Assembly: GCA_951406725.2 (NCBI GenBank)
Contig: OX597831.1
Coordinates: 23,994,001 to 24,058,000 of the forward strand
Direction: 5' to 3'
DNA length: 64,000 nucleotides
From: Octopus vulgaris
Taxonomy: Eukaryota
In this document: positions 11,611 through 24,788 of the stretch, one piece after another
Layout: the number at the start of each line of letters is the position of its first letter
Position numbering within the stretch: the first letter of the stretch is position 1
Program-made: the position numbers and the translations under genes
Notes under the pieces: model-generated
Told to the model about the DNA's origin: nothing
Database searches by the model: none
The model's input: only the letters and a program-made list of their open reading frames with translations

Positions 11611-13074
11611 GGGAGAGACAGAGTGAGAGATAAACATGATATTTGAATGTAATATTTGATGCTTTTCTAAAACCAGTTCTATAGCTTAGTCTTGAATTCA
11701 AATGCCAATATCAGGAAATGTGTCCATGCATTTAATACCTCTAAGCTGAACAAAATAATTTACCATTAATTTACTGAGATTGGTTCAAACCTTTTCCTCA
11801 ACACAATTTGGCCTTCGGTCCAGTCAAAAGAAATCATAATATCCAGATGGTTCAAAATGGCACTTACCTTTGTTAGAATATTTAATAAAAATATAATCTT
11901 GGAACACACACTTCGGTTATGATAAGAAAAATGTTGTTTGTAGTATATTGTATGCCACTACTACCATTGCCACGACCATTATTCCTTGCATTCAGCATAA
12001 TCAACCACCATAAATTTTGAGCCTTTGATGCCATGTTTTTTTTTTCTTTTGTTTTCTTTTTTGTTTTTTGTTTTTTTTACTTTACTTTACTTCCTGTTTT
12101 GGGTTGATTGATTGCTGGAATTTCCCCTCTGATATCTCTGAAACTGCTTAAGCAAGGAAGTACAGATTTTTTGTTTTTTTTAAATCAATGCATTACTAAG
12201 CAAGACATAAGTAAAAGAATATGATTCCTTGATATTCTAAGAATTATAGTTTGTTTTTTTTAAACAATCTGCTTGAATATATGCTTGATTCTGTTATATA
12301 TTTCATGTTTAAAACATGAAATTACTTACATGAAATATAAAAACATTGTTGGAACTTGATTACAGGCAGCACAGTTTCTTTACGATTACTATCCAGTTTC
12401 AAATCATCTCTGATGAAGCCAGATTATGATTAAGAATGATCCAGCCATTACTATTCTGTGTTGTTTTTTTTTTCCAAGATCTGGGGTCTCCCACCCCTAA
12501 GCCCTAGACCATCACCTAATCACCCTTATCCATCTTGTTGCTTAACAACAACAACACCTGTATCAAGTCATCACCACTGAGGGTCTCTTTTGATGTGTTC
12601 CCATCCTCAACATAGCAAAAGAACTCTTTCTCAAAGACAGTCTTATTCTGAGAGGCAAGAAATATGCTTCACCTCCCAACTGTTTCTAACCCCGCCAATA
12701 AAAAGGGTCTGATGAAACCCACAAAGAAATACTTCTTCCCTGTCTGGGATATTACTGCTGCTAGATATACAATCACACTGCACCACATTCCTCTCAAATG
12801 CCAACCAAATGATTGCCATAGAGTTAGCCACTAAAATGTAAAAGATGATGTCAGACACTAATGTGTAAAGATGTCTCCATTCTCTCTCCTCACTACCGTG
12901 ACTTTTTGCATTTCAGAACTTGCAGATCTTGTACCACCTCCACTCAGGGCCTATTGACCCACTTGTTTCTCATGTGGTGCTTATTCTGTCCAACCCTCTA
13001 CCACAACCTTGATTTTACCATTATGTCCAGTCTTACTTTCCCAGAACATCGGCCCTTTAGAAATCCCACCTGAC

Positions 13075-13490
13075 AGCGAGCTGGCAGAATCGTTAGCAGG
13101 CCGGGTGAAATGCTTAGCGGTATTTCGTCTGCCGCTACGTTCTGAGTTCAAATTCCGCCGAGGTCGACTTTGCCTTTCATCCTTTCGGGGTCGATAAATT
13201 AAGTACCAGTTACGCACTGGGGTCGATATAATCAACTTAACCCGTTTGTCTGTCCTTGTTTGTCCTCTCTGTGTTTAGCCCCTTGTGGGTAGTAAAAAAA
13301 TAGGTATTTCGTCTGCCGCTGTGTTCTGAGTTCAAATTCTGCCGAGGTTGACTTTGCTTTTCATCCTTTCAGGGTTGAAAAATTAAGTACCAGTTATGCA
13401 CTGGGGTCGATGTAATCGACTTAATCCCTTTGTCTGTCCTTGTTTGTCCCCTCTATGTTTAGCCCCTTGTGGGCAACAAAGAAATAAGAA
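13075..13490 (+). mobile_element. Family B SINE (Meta-domain-like), dimeric body
   Basis: Head gcgagctggcagaatcgttag, B-box gagttcaaattc, gcctttcatcctttcggggtcgataaattaagtaccag. The 184-bp body repeats (13120, 13304). Confidence 0.9.
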
Positions 13491-13834
13491 ATCCTACCTA
13501 AACCATGTTTTTCTTGTGTATGTCAAAAAGATCAATAATTCTGTCAATTCCAGTGGTCTCCGAAGACTTGCAGAACTATGTACAAAGCCTTTGCTGCCAG
13601 ATGAAACCCATAAAGCATGTGATTAAAGTAAAACTACTGATCTTTTGTCTAGATATAACAGTTATTAGTACAAAATATACTCAACCACCAATAACTAATA
13701 GCTAATATAAGATATATTAAAATACTAACCATTTATGTCTATGCAATATTTAGCAGTACAAAATATAATCAAATACTGAGTGTATACATAGATATAGTTG
13801 TTAGTAACACACAAAGTATTTCAAGATACTGAAC

Positions 13835-13857
13835 ATATATATATATATACATATAGG

Positions 13858-13902
<45 letters not shown>

Positions 13903-13957
13903 ATGTATGTATTTATGTATATATATATATGTATGTATATATATATGTGTATGTATG

Positions 13958-14009
<52 letters not shown>

Positions 14010-14178
14010 TGTATATATGTGTATGTATATATGTATATATATATATGTATGTATATATATATGCATATATATATATGTATATATATATATGTATATATAT
14101 ATAATATTACTTAGTATATAATATATATACGTATATGTATATATATATATATGTATATATATATGTATGTATATATAT

Positions 14179-14212
<34 letters not shown>

Positions 14213-14279
14213 ATGTGTGTATATATATATGCATATATATATGTATATATATATATGTACATATATATGTATATATATA

Positions 14280-14341
<62 letters not shown>

Positions 14342-14375
14342 GTATATATATATGTATATACATATATATATATGT
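13835..14375. repeat. (TA)n/(TATG)n compound microsatellite
   Basis: Visible directly. Confidence 0.95.
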
Positions 14376-14751
14376 GCAGTATTGATTCAGAATGTAATTG
14401 AATTGGCCACATAATAGTAAGAGAAAAAAGCAGACAAATAGTGGCCACAGATGTAGATACAATATTAGAACCTCATAATAGATGTTTTGGTTCCACTAGT
14501 CAAATAATCAATCCCAATTCCAATGGCAGTAACATTAATCAGATGTGAGACACATCACACCATGGATATAATGATAGCCTATTAGAAGAAAATTTCCCAA
14601 TACAAGATTTGAAGTCAATACGGCAAGTACGTAAAACATTATCTTAAGACTGCTGCTTCATAGGGCAACACACAATACAGTCTCTAGTGGTATTTCCTTT
14701 TCTTTCCTTAGATATTTTTTATTGCTTTATCGGAGGAGAAAGAACAGGATA

Positions 14752-14986
14752 TATATTTCTTTATTGCCTACAAGGGGCTAGACATAGAGGGGACAAACAA
14801 GGACAGACAAAGGGATTAAGTCAATTACATCGACCCCAGTGCGTAACTGGTACTTCATTTATCGACCCCGAAAGGATGAACGGCAAAGTCGACCTCGGCG
14901 GAATTTGAACTCACAACGTAACGACAGACGAAATACGGCTACGCATTTCGCCCGGCGTGCTAACATTTCTGCCAGCTCGCCGCCTT
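14752..14986 (-). mobile_element. Family B SINE, monomer
   Basis: Near-identical reverse complement of the 13075 copy. Confidence 0.9.
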
Positions 14987-15664
14987 ATAAAAAAGAACAG
15001 GATATACTGACCCTTTTTTTAGTCTCCAAGATCACTGGAGAAACAAAAAAACAAAACAGGAAGTTATTCAGAATTTGGATCATATTTGAATGTCTACATT
15101 ATGGACTTTAGTGAAGACACACAAAGGTCAGTTGGTGATGCTAAGATCATACAAAAGATAAGGTCATTCACCTAAATTACAACAGGGTGGTGGACTAGGC
15201 CATTTTTGAGTTATGATTCTTCATTTTTATTATAAACCAGCAGTGTTAGGTAACCAACCAAAAACCATTTGGAGAGTTATCCACAGCCATATTGGCTTCT
15301 ATTGAATATGATAAAATGGTATTCTATCTTTTGTTTGTTGTTTAAATGGTGGAGAAAATCCAATTTAGATATTGGAAATGAAAATGGCTATAAATCATCA
15401 TAGTTATGGATGCTCTATCGATCTAGCCAGCTGTTGCTTCACCGTTTTTGAATCACAGACACTGCATATTTTGAATCTGCAGTGTCTGTGACACAACATA
15501 TTGTATGGGGGTAACAGGAACAAAGGATTCTAGTGGTAGCCTTCTGAAAGCAGGGAGGAATGATTAATAATAATGATAATGGTAATCAAAGTGATTAATA
15601 GGATTTTGACACTGTTTTCAAACCAACACTGGCAGCAAATGATTTACATATGCTTATGCATAAT

Positions 15665-15695
<31 letters not shown>

Positions 15696-16764
15696 CATAT
15701 CCATATGTGTTTGTGTATGTTTTACGTATGCATGTATGTATATATGTGCATGTATCTGTATCTGCAAGCATATTTATATGTACACATTCTGTGTGTGTAT
15801 TTCTATATAGGGAGAGATGTGTGTATTCTAAATTTTCATATTTGATACATTATGCAGCCTATCTATATTGTTAAATTATAAAAATCAATGATCGCTTTCC
15901 AAAACTACTCACAGCTATTTAACAATTGAAATATAATAATAGAATTTTAAAAAAAAATTAAACTAAAATAAAATAATTACACAAATAGTTAAAACTGAAA
16001 CACACTAAATAAATAGATAAATATATATATTATAAATAAATAAGTAAATAAAACTTTTTAACTCAATGAAAACACAATGACCCTAACTGATACTTTTGCT
16101 GCCACTTCAAATGATATTTATCTCCAAGCAATTGCTGTAGATATAATATTACCATTATCATCAGTATCATCACCATTTTCATTAGATATTTTATTCCTTA
16201 CTTTTGATAATTTAGAAAGGCTTTTGTGTGATCACCACCACCACCACCACCACCACCACTAACATACATATATACACACATACATACATACATACATACA
16301 TCAATATATATATATATATATATCTTCATAAAGAATAAAATGATTTGAATAGTACAACAATGCACTATAATACAAACAATGGGCTATATACCAGTTGTAA
16401 TTTAACCATCCGTAGTCTGATAATATTTTGGAATAAAATTCCTTCCTCAGATATCCCGAGGAATTGATAGAGTTGCTGTTATAATCGGTTTTCTAAGCCA
16501 TCTCAGTCATATTTGAGCACTTCTTTTGCAGTCCTATAAACCCTTTTGTTTCTATAATAAGAGACAAATACTATTTCTTGTTGCCTAAGTCTCTAAGGAT
16601 ACAAGAAAAAAAAATCAATTCAGTATATTGTATCACCGTAATCCCTCATGGTTCACCTATCGGGGTTTATTATTTAAGCTTATGTTGATTCCTCTGTGGT
16701 GTTGTTTTGCATTTGATATAAAATAAATACATACGAATTATAAAAAAATATACAGTACACTACT

Positions 16765-17355
16765 GTTTCTTATTTCTTTATTACCCACAAGGGGCTAAAC
16801 ATACAGGGGACAAACAAGGATAGAAAAAGAGATTAAGTCGAATACATTGACCCCAGTGCGCAAGTGGTACTTAATTTATCGAACCTGAAAGAATGAAATG
16901 CAAAATCAACCTCGGGGGAATTTGAACTCAGAACGTAACGGCAGATGAAATACCTATTTCTTTACCACCCACAAGGGGCTAAACGCAGAGAGGACAAACA
17001 AGGACAGACAATTGGATTAAGTCGATTATATCGACCCTAGTGCGTAACTGGTACTTAATTTATCGAACCTGAAAGAATGAAATGCAAAGTCGACCTCGGG
17101 GGAATTTGATCTCAGAACGTAACGGCAGACGAAATACCTATTTCTTTACCACCCAAAAGGGGCTAAACACAGAGAGGACAAACAAGGACAGACAAACGGA
17201 TTAAGTCGATTATATCGACCCCAGTGCATAACTGGTACTTATTTAATCGACCCTGAAAGGCAAAGTCAACCTCAGCAGAATTTGAACTCAGAACTTAATG
17301 GCAGACGAAATACCGCTAAGCATTTCACCCAGCATGCTAACGTTTCTGCCAGCTT
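16765..17355 (-). mobile_element. Family B SINE, trimeric body
   Basis: Three 184-bp units joined at gaaatacctatttc (about 16947 and 17131); one head at about 17310-17355. Confidence 0.9.
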
Positions 17356-17454
17356 GAAACCTAAGTACTGTTTCTACTTTGTGGAATTTTACCTCATCAT
17401 GTGGCGTTTTGTAACATAACACCTGTGATAGTCAAAGGATTACTGTATATTCGT

Positions 17455-17932
17455 TTCTACACTAGGCAAAAGGCCCCAAAATTTTGGGGGAGGTGGCCAG
17501 TTGATTAGATCAACTCCAGTACACATCTGGTACTTAATTTATCGACTCCAAAAGGATGAAAGGCAAAGTTGACCTTGGCGGAATTTGAACTCAGAATGTA
17601 AAGACAGACGAATTGCTGCTAAACATTTCAACCAGCATAAATCCTTAAATCCTTAAAAATGTTTTAGCCCGAAGGCCGTGGCCATGCTGGGGCAGTTTCT
17701 TATTTCTTTATTGCCCACAAGGGGCTAAACACAGAGGGGACAAACAAGGACAGACAAAAGGATTAAGTCGATTACATCGACCCCTGTGTGTAACTGGTAC
17801 TTAATTTATCGACCCCAAAAGGATGAAAGCAAAGTTGACCTTGGTGGAATTTGAACTCAGAATGTAAAGACAGACGAAATACTGCTAAACATTTCACCCA
17901 GCATGCTAACATTTCTGCCAGCTCACCACCTT
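17455..17932 (-). mobile_element. Two family B SINE copies separated by a short tail-only insert
   Basis: Meta-like cores at about 17525-17600 and 17790-17870; insert at 17638-17694. Confidence 0.8.
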
Positions 17933-18845
17933 GGGATTACTGTATATTGTATGAAGGGTTTGTCCCCATTTGGTGCTGTCTGAAGGTGTGGGTTATACTG
18001 GGCAGATACCAAAGGGCTTCATTGCTTTAGGAGTCCAATTCTGATCTATGTATGTTTTGGCTTACTATAAGGCTTAATGAATTGATCTGCCTCAAGGGAG
18101 GGGATGCTATAATGCAGCTAAGACAGCCTTGCACTTACCCCTCATTTTTTCAATAAACTATCCTTATGTCACCCTTTCATTTTTTTTTTCTTTGCCATCA
18201 GAATCACTTTCTTGTAACACATTGTTGTGTAAATATATAAATTTTTAAAGCGAATAAATGACAAAAAAAATCCTTCTCTTTCTCCTCCTCTACATTTTTC
18301 ATTTCTTTTTCTTTGCCATCAGAATCAATTTATACTTTCCTTTTTAAGCCTAATTTGGAACCATTTGATACCTTGTGATCATTGTTTGGTATATTGGAAT
18401 GTCAGAAAACACTATTAACAAACTCACACATACACAGACTGATTTCATGTTATAATGTATGTATTTTTCAGATCTTTTGTTTGTTTATCTGTTTATCTGA
18501 AATTCGTTTTCCCCAGATCTATATTCTGAGATAAAACATTTTACAACACATGATGACTTTATATCATTAGAGATTTCTCTGTAAAAAAAAAAAGATATAC
18601 ATCTATAAAATAAAGGCTTTTCTTAAGTGGCTTCTTTTATTTCATAATTCTTTAATTCTTTCCATTTCTTCTTGGCAACACTGATAAATTAGTTGACACC
18701 ACTATCCTGTGGAGGTTGCTTGCAGGTACATAGACTAGACAAGTGATTCTCAACCAGAGTTCATATGGCCCTTGAGGATAGGGGTCCATATAAGATTTTG
18801 TTGTTTATGAGCGATGAATTGGTTATACATCAACAATACAAGCAC

Positions 18846-18998
18846 AGGCATAGCTGTGAGGTAAGAAGCTTGCTTCCCAACCACATGGTTCAAGGTTCAG
18901 TCCCACTATGAGGCACCTTAGGCAAGTGTCATCTATTCTACCCTTGGGCTGACCAAAGCGCTTTGTGAGTGAATTTGATAGACAGAAACTGAAAGAAG
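18846..18998 (+). mobile_element. Family A SINE, 5' half
   Basis: ggcatagctgtgaggtaagaagcttgcttcccaaccacatgg...gaaactgaaagaag. Confidence 0.8.
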
Positions 18999-19004
18999 AT
19001 GTTG

Positions 19005-19297
19005 CAGTTCTATATTTAAGAGATGGGGAAGTATGTACATTATTTACATTTGATGGATATTTGTCTTCATCTTGTTTGTTGTTAACACAAAGTTTCAGCT
19101 GATATACCCTCCAGCTTTCATCTGGTGTCTAGGGGAAATTTTGAACCTGGGTTCTCATTCCTAAGGTATTTTTTGATGTAATTATCATTATTATTATTAT
19201 TCAGGTCACAGCCTAGAATCATACTTAGAATCTTGGGGATAGTAGCCTGTGCTCTTAACCCCCAAGATTCCAAGTTCTATTCCAGGCAGTGACCTGA

Positions 19298-19361
<64 letters not shown>

Positions 19362-19521
19362 CAACAACAACAACATCGAAAAATACTTTAGGAATGAGAA
19401 CCCAGGTTTGAAATTTCCCCAAGAGACCTGATGGAGGCTGGAGTGTATATCAGCCGAAATGTGTTGACAACAAACAAGATGGGGACAAATATCCGTCAAA
19501 TGTAAATAATGTAAATAATGT
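19005..19521. mobile_element. Family E: head-to-head inverted dimer of a tRNA-headed, hammerhead-bearing element (copy 1)
   Basis: Left arm is the reverse complement of the right arm over about 240 bp. Centre joins two truncated tRNA-like heads at taacc (about 19256-19262). HHR-like motifs at about 19084-19129 (-) and 19423-19466 (+). Confidence 0.8.
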
Positions 19522-19529
19522 TTATTTTT

Positions 19530-19766
19530 AATGTGTACCATTTGAACATGGCCGTTGCCAGTACCACCTGACTGGCCCTCGTACCAGTGGCATGTAAAAG
19601 TACCCACTACACTCTCAGAGTGGTTGGCATTGAGAAGGGCATCCAGCTGTAGAAACTCTGCCAGATCAGATTGGAGCCTGGTGCAGCCATCTGGATCGCC
19701 AGTCCTCAGTCAAATCGTCCAACCCATGCTAGCATGGAAAGCGGACGTTAAACGATGATGATGATG
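19530..19766 (+). mobile_element. Family D element 3' part
   Basis: gagtggttggcattgagaagggcatccagctgtagaaac...gcggacgttaaacgatgatgatg. Confidence 0.85.
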
Positions 19767-20409
19767 TTGACTTGTAAAATTTCCTTTTCTGTTTTACTTT
19801 ACTCTACATTTCCTTGAAATTTTCTAAAAAGAATTTTGACTATTAATAATAACTGTATTGAAAATTTCATAAGAATTTTATTGGTTAGTTCTTATTTATT
19901 TTTCATTTTGATGGTTTTATGATTTGGAGAAAAACCAAAATAAAATGAACATAGTGATATTTATACTGTGTGTGTGTATGTGTGTGTGTGTGTGTGTGCA
20001 AGGGAATCAATTAATTTAATTTTCAACAAAAACATTTAGTGTTTCCATTAGATTTAGTTAATAGCACTTATTGACAAAAATTCAAAACAAACAAATCAAA
20101 ACACAGCATTTATTTGAAATTACCACCAGGGGTATTTATTTACAGAAAACCAAAATGAAAAACGGAACAAATTCATAAAAATTTCAAAACCAACATTGAA
20201 ATGAAAAAAATTAATAAATGGAGAATAAAAAGGCAAAAAAATTGAATAGAGAAAAAAATTTCAAGACATTCCTCTTTCAAAAAAGATTTCCAAAATTTTC
20301 TAAAGAATCATCAAGGTGTTTTAAATTATACACAATTTCTTTTTACAAAATTATAATTTATATGAAAAAAGCGCAACTACCATCACCATTACTAGTAATA
20401 CAAAATAGT

Positions 20410-20619
20410 CTTTTCTACTCTAGGCACAAAACCCAAAATCTTGGGGGAGGGGGTGCCAGTCGATCAGATCGACCCTAGTTTGCAACTGGTACTTAATTTA
20501 TCGACCCTGAAAGGATGAAAGGTAAAGACGACCTCAGTGGAATTTGAACTCAGAATGTAAAGACAGGCAAAATACCGCTAAGCATTTCGCCCAGCGTGCT
20601 AATGTTTTAGTACTACAAC

Positions 20620-20680
<61 letters not shown>

Positions 20681-20900
20681 TGATGATTCTTTCTACTCTA
20701 GGCACAAGGCCCTAAATTTTTGGGGAAGGGAACCAGTTAATCAGATCAACCCTAGTATGCAACAGGTATTTAATTTATTAACCCTGAAAGAATGACAGAT
20801 AAAGTTGACCTCAGTGGAATTTCAACTCAGAACAGAAATACCACTAAGCGTGCCACAAAGCATTATGCTTTGTATGCTAATGACTCTGCCTGCTCACCAC
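20410..20900 (-). mobile_element. Two family B SINE variants flanking an (AAT)n tract
   Basis: actggtacttaatttatcgaccctgaaaggatgaaagg...gaatttgaactcagaa motif present twice. Confidence 0.75.
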
Positions 20901-21627
20901 CCTAAAAAAAAGTAATAATAACGATCATCATGATCATCATCATCATTATATTCATATAAAAGATGGGCTACAGCAAATATTCTGCTCAATACCAAAGACT
21001 TGCTTATCAGTTACTTGGCCTTAACCAGATGAGCATGTCCCTTAGAGGCTGACAATATGTGCATCTCCAATCGTGAGCAGGAGTAGTGGGGGAACATCAT
21101 AGCCATTTGCTGAGAGGAATTTTTTAGGGTTTGGATATTTCCTCTTGGGAAACATGGGTGTTTTGTTCATCATCCTTAAACAAACCTTATTCAGGAACTA
21201 TTTGAATGGGATGAGCTATGTAACCAGAAGAAAATTCCAACAGGGCCTCACCTGTGAGGTCATGCACTGTTTATCTTGATATGAGATCACAATGTCATGC
21301 AGATATGGTGTACTCTTATCAGACAGGTTGTCATGATGGGTATATTGGGCTTCATATATTTTTACCCTAGGATCACTTTGATGGCATGCACTGCTCTCTC
21401 ACTCAATGATTTCTTTGTTAGTTACAAGTGATGCAGAAATACAAAGCTTTTATAATGGATTACAAAGACAGAAAGGATAATATGGAGCATGAGAAAAGAA
21501 ATTTACAAATTATGAAGCGGAAAGAGATGAAGAGACATCATACAATACATAGAAGGATATACAAAAAATTTTAAAGTGCACACACCTCCACACACACATG
21601 CATACATGTTAAAATATGTACACTTAA

Positions 21628-21688
<61 letters not shown>

Positions 21689-22099
21689 AATGTATATATA
21701 TATGTGTATGTATGTATATATGTGTGTGTGTATAAATAAAATTTGAACTCAGAATGTAACGATGGGTGAAATATATCCATGCATGTATTTACATGCATGG
21801 ATGTATGTATACATGAACATGTGCAATGAACATGCACATGTTTCCATGGAAATAAGTCATGAAAGATTTTCCAGCTACATTGAGTTGGGTGGGTACTCTA
21901 CAACTCTGTTCACATAAGAATTTCTCAAAAATCATTCAGCTGAAACTGAATGCACCAGCAAGTATTCTTTGAGACTTTTGTAGTGGGAAAACATCAACAT
22001 TTTAAGGATTTTAGAATATTCTTTTACAGTTTGATATAATGTCTTAATTTAATTTTACTAGCAATTTATCTTTTGCATGTTGTTTATATTCTGAACCCA

Positions 22100-23100
22100 T
22101 CTGCTTTTGTGCCAGAATAACTTCATTGGCAAATCAATGGCAGCATAAGAATGTAATTTTGTCTATTGACTGTTTGTTTTATTTCCAAAGAATGGGGAAT
22201 CTTAATCCAGCTTTCTTCTCTGTACTTTCTTTGATATCTTACTGAAGAGAGAGAGCTTGTTATTTGGAAAAAATCATTCCTCCTTCCTTTTTTTCATTGT
22301 TCATTTTGAGTCTTTCATGTGTTAGCTAGCTTTCTGTATGGCTTGTTCATTTTCCCTTTGTATTTTCATCCATTATTATTTTTTCTTATCACACATTAAA
22401 AGTGCATCACAGTTTGGTACTGTAAAAAACATATCTGCTCATCTACATCTGATATGGGGCCAAAATATAATTACTAGCTGCAGAGTTTGGGCTGGTGATT
22501 TTCTGGAGACAGGATTGTTGAATTTTTTTTTTTTGTTCAGTTGTTGCTGTTCATTATCACTATTTTCATTTTCATATTTTTTGCTTAGTTTCCGCAGTTC
22601 TTGGGGCATTCAGTACTGAAGTGTGTTTTATTCCAACAAATATAACAGCTTGACTTTTAACTCTTGGCACCATTTATCCAGTATGGTTTTGAACCATTAT
22701 GACATTGCAAGTCTATTTTTACACCCCCAGACCATATATCACCTTTCATTAAGCCTGCTTTGACCACTCTCCCATACTGCAACATAAAATTCTATACCAT
22801 GTCCAGTATCTCTGTTGTGATCCTTGTTCTTTTTTTCTTTTAATCCATGTACTGGGCACAAATTTATAACCAGAAATCTAACAGCTTCAGCATTTGTTTT
22901 GGCTATGTTTTCAGTTTTTTCTTTAAAAGCACAGCAAATATCAACATGACTTTTGCTTGAAATGAGGGAAAATTTAGCCTGTTCTTGTCTTTTCAAAAGC
23001 AGATTTACATACAGGGTTTGCCAAAAGTTACCCAACAGTAAATCAAAATTCCATAAATACTTAATATTCAATTTTATTTATTCATTTGGGAAAATGTGTC
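22100..23100 (-). pseudogene. Decayed gag-like/ORF1 region of a retrotransposon with a CCHC zinc knuckle
   Basis: 22647-22606 minus translates CYICWNKTHFSTEC(PK), an exact C-x2-C-x4-H-x4-C. Flanking frames are broken. L1/Tx1-type ORF1 is an inference and the outer limits are uncertain. Confidence 0.55.
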
Positions 23101-23136
23101 GCTTAAGAAAGACTTCGGTTTGAACAATTTTCATGA

Positions 23137-23486
23137 TGTAGTTAAGGTTGTTTGCCAACATAACATGACAGTCCTGGTTTAAGATTAATGTTGCTATAAT
23201 TTAGTCCCAGGAGACATCGTCTCCAGCAGGCTATACGACACAATCTGTGTCCTTATACTTTTGAAGAAGGGAATCTAGCACCCCCACTCAGCTCAAAACA
23301 ATATCATGCTACACACAGATATTGTTTTGAGCTGAGTGGAGGGGCTATATTTCCTTGTTCGAAAATATAAGGACACAGATCGTGTCATATAGCCAGCTGG
23401 AGACGATGATTCCTGGGGCTAAATTACAGCAACATTAGTCCTAAACCAGGACTGCCATGTTATGTTGGCAAACAATCTTTACTACA
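23137..23486. mobile_element. Foldback/MITE: about 170-bp arms around a 12-bp spacer, TGTAG...CTACA termini
   Basis: tgtagttaaggttgtttgccaacataacatg... / ...catgttatgttggcaaacaatctttactaca; centre ctcagctcaaaacaatatc-atgctacacaca-gatattgttttgagctgag. Confidence 0.85.
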
Positions 23487-24714
23487 GAGTACTGTTGGCA
23501 GACTCATTAGCATGCCAGGCAAAATGCAAAGCAGCATTTCATTTGTCTTGACTTTCTAAGTTCAAATTCTACTTAGAACGACTTGACCTATCATCCTTTT
23601 GAAGTTGATAAACCAGTCAGTCAATGACTGGGGTTGATGTAATTGACTTAGCTCCCCCTCCTCTCGAAATGGCTGGCCTTGTGTCAAAATTTGAAACCAA
23701 TGCCTGGAATATTTTATAGAGCAGTTTAATTGATTAAATGAACCACAATTTTTGGTTGGTACTTTATATTCCTGAACCAGTCGGGTGAAATGCAAAATCA
23801 ATCTGCATCAAAATTTAAATCAGAACCCAGACACCCATGACTCTATACGCTTTATCTGGTGCTATTATGATTCCTGAAATCTCACACATGCTCGAAGACT
23901 AGATTTTCAGTGTAAGTTTTGCTTTCATATTCTTTATCCAATTAACTCTTTTTAAAAATTTTATTTTATTAACTTTTATTTTTATCCTGATCTTGGAAAA
24001 AAAACTTCCCTAAAGCCTCTTAGAATGGAATTTATTTCTCTCTCTCTCTCTCTCATTTTTTTTTTTACCCATTTCTTGTTTTGGAGGTTTTTTTCACCAA
24101 GTGATGGTCATGGAGGAAAGGGAGTATTTTCTCTTTCTTTCTTTTTCTGTCTCTTCATCATGAATCATTCTGTCTAGTTTGTTCTTGAAATTGTGCATCC
24201 ATGTCACAATTAATAACACTAAACTGGTTTCCATTTCATATAATCTGAAAAATCTCTCAACATTCCAATTACGATAGAACAACTTTTATCTCAGAAGTGA
24301 TGTTTCGCTGTTAGTAATCTGAATAGATAGCAAGTCACTCACCTTCAATATTATCAAATATCTGTTTTCCTCATTTTGTCATTGTGGTAATTTTTTTTTA
24401 CAGTGGATTGACAAAATCCTTATAGCATCAGGCAAAAATGCCTTGCAGTGATTGACTCTGCCTTTTGTGCTCAAATCCCACTGAGATGACATTTGCCTTC
24501 CATCCTTCAGATCAATAAAATAAGTTCCATTCAAATACCAGAGTCAATGGTATCGACTACACATCCTCAAAATTTCTGACCTTCTGTCTAAATTAGAAAT
24601 AACTGTTACTATCATTATTAATCCTTTTCAGATCAACAAAACTGGTATAAAATTGCGTTGCTAGATAAGGCCAATGTAGCAAGCATTTTCCTTAAATTGT
24701 GACCCTTTGCATAA

Positions 24715-24773
<59 letters not shown>

Positions 24774-24788
24774 CATTATTATTTATCA

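Noticed and set aside
12405-12730. Isolated CTGATGA motifs at about 12410 and 12709
   Set aside because: No stem II followed by GAAA and no stem I complement.
20955-21410. Higher-complexity block that may be a dispersed repeat or exon
   Set aside because: Single copy in the window, no ORF or terminal signature that I can demonstrate.
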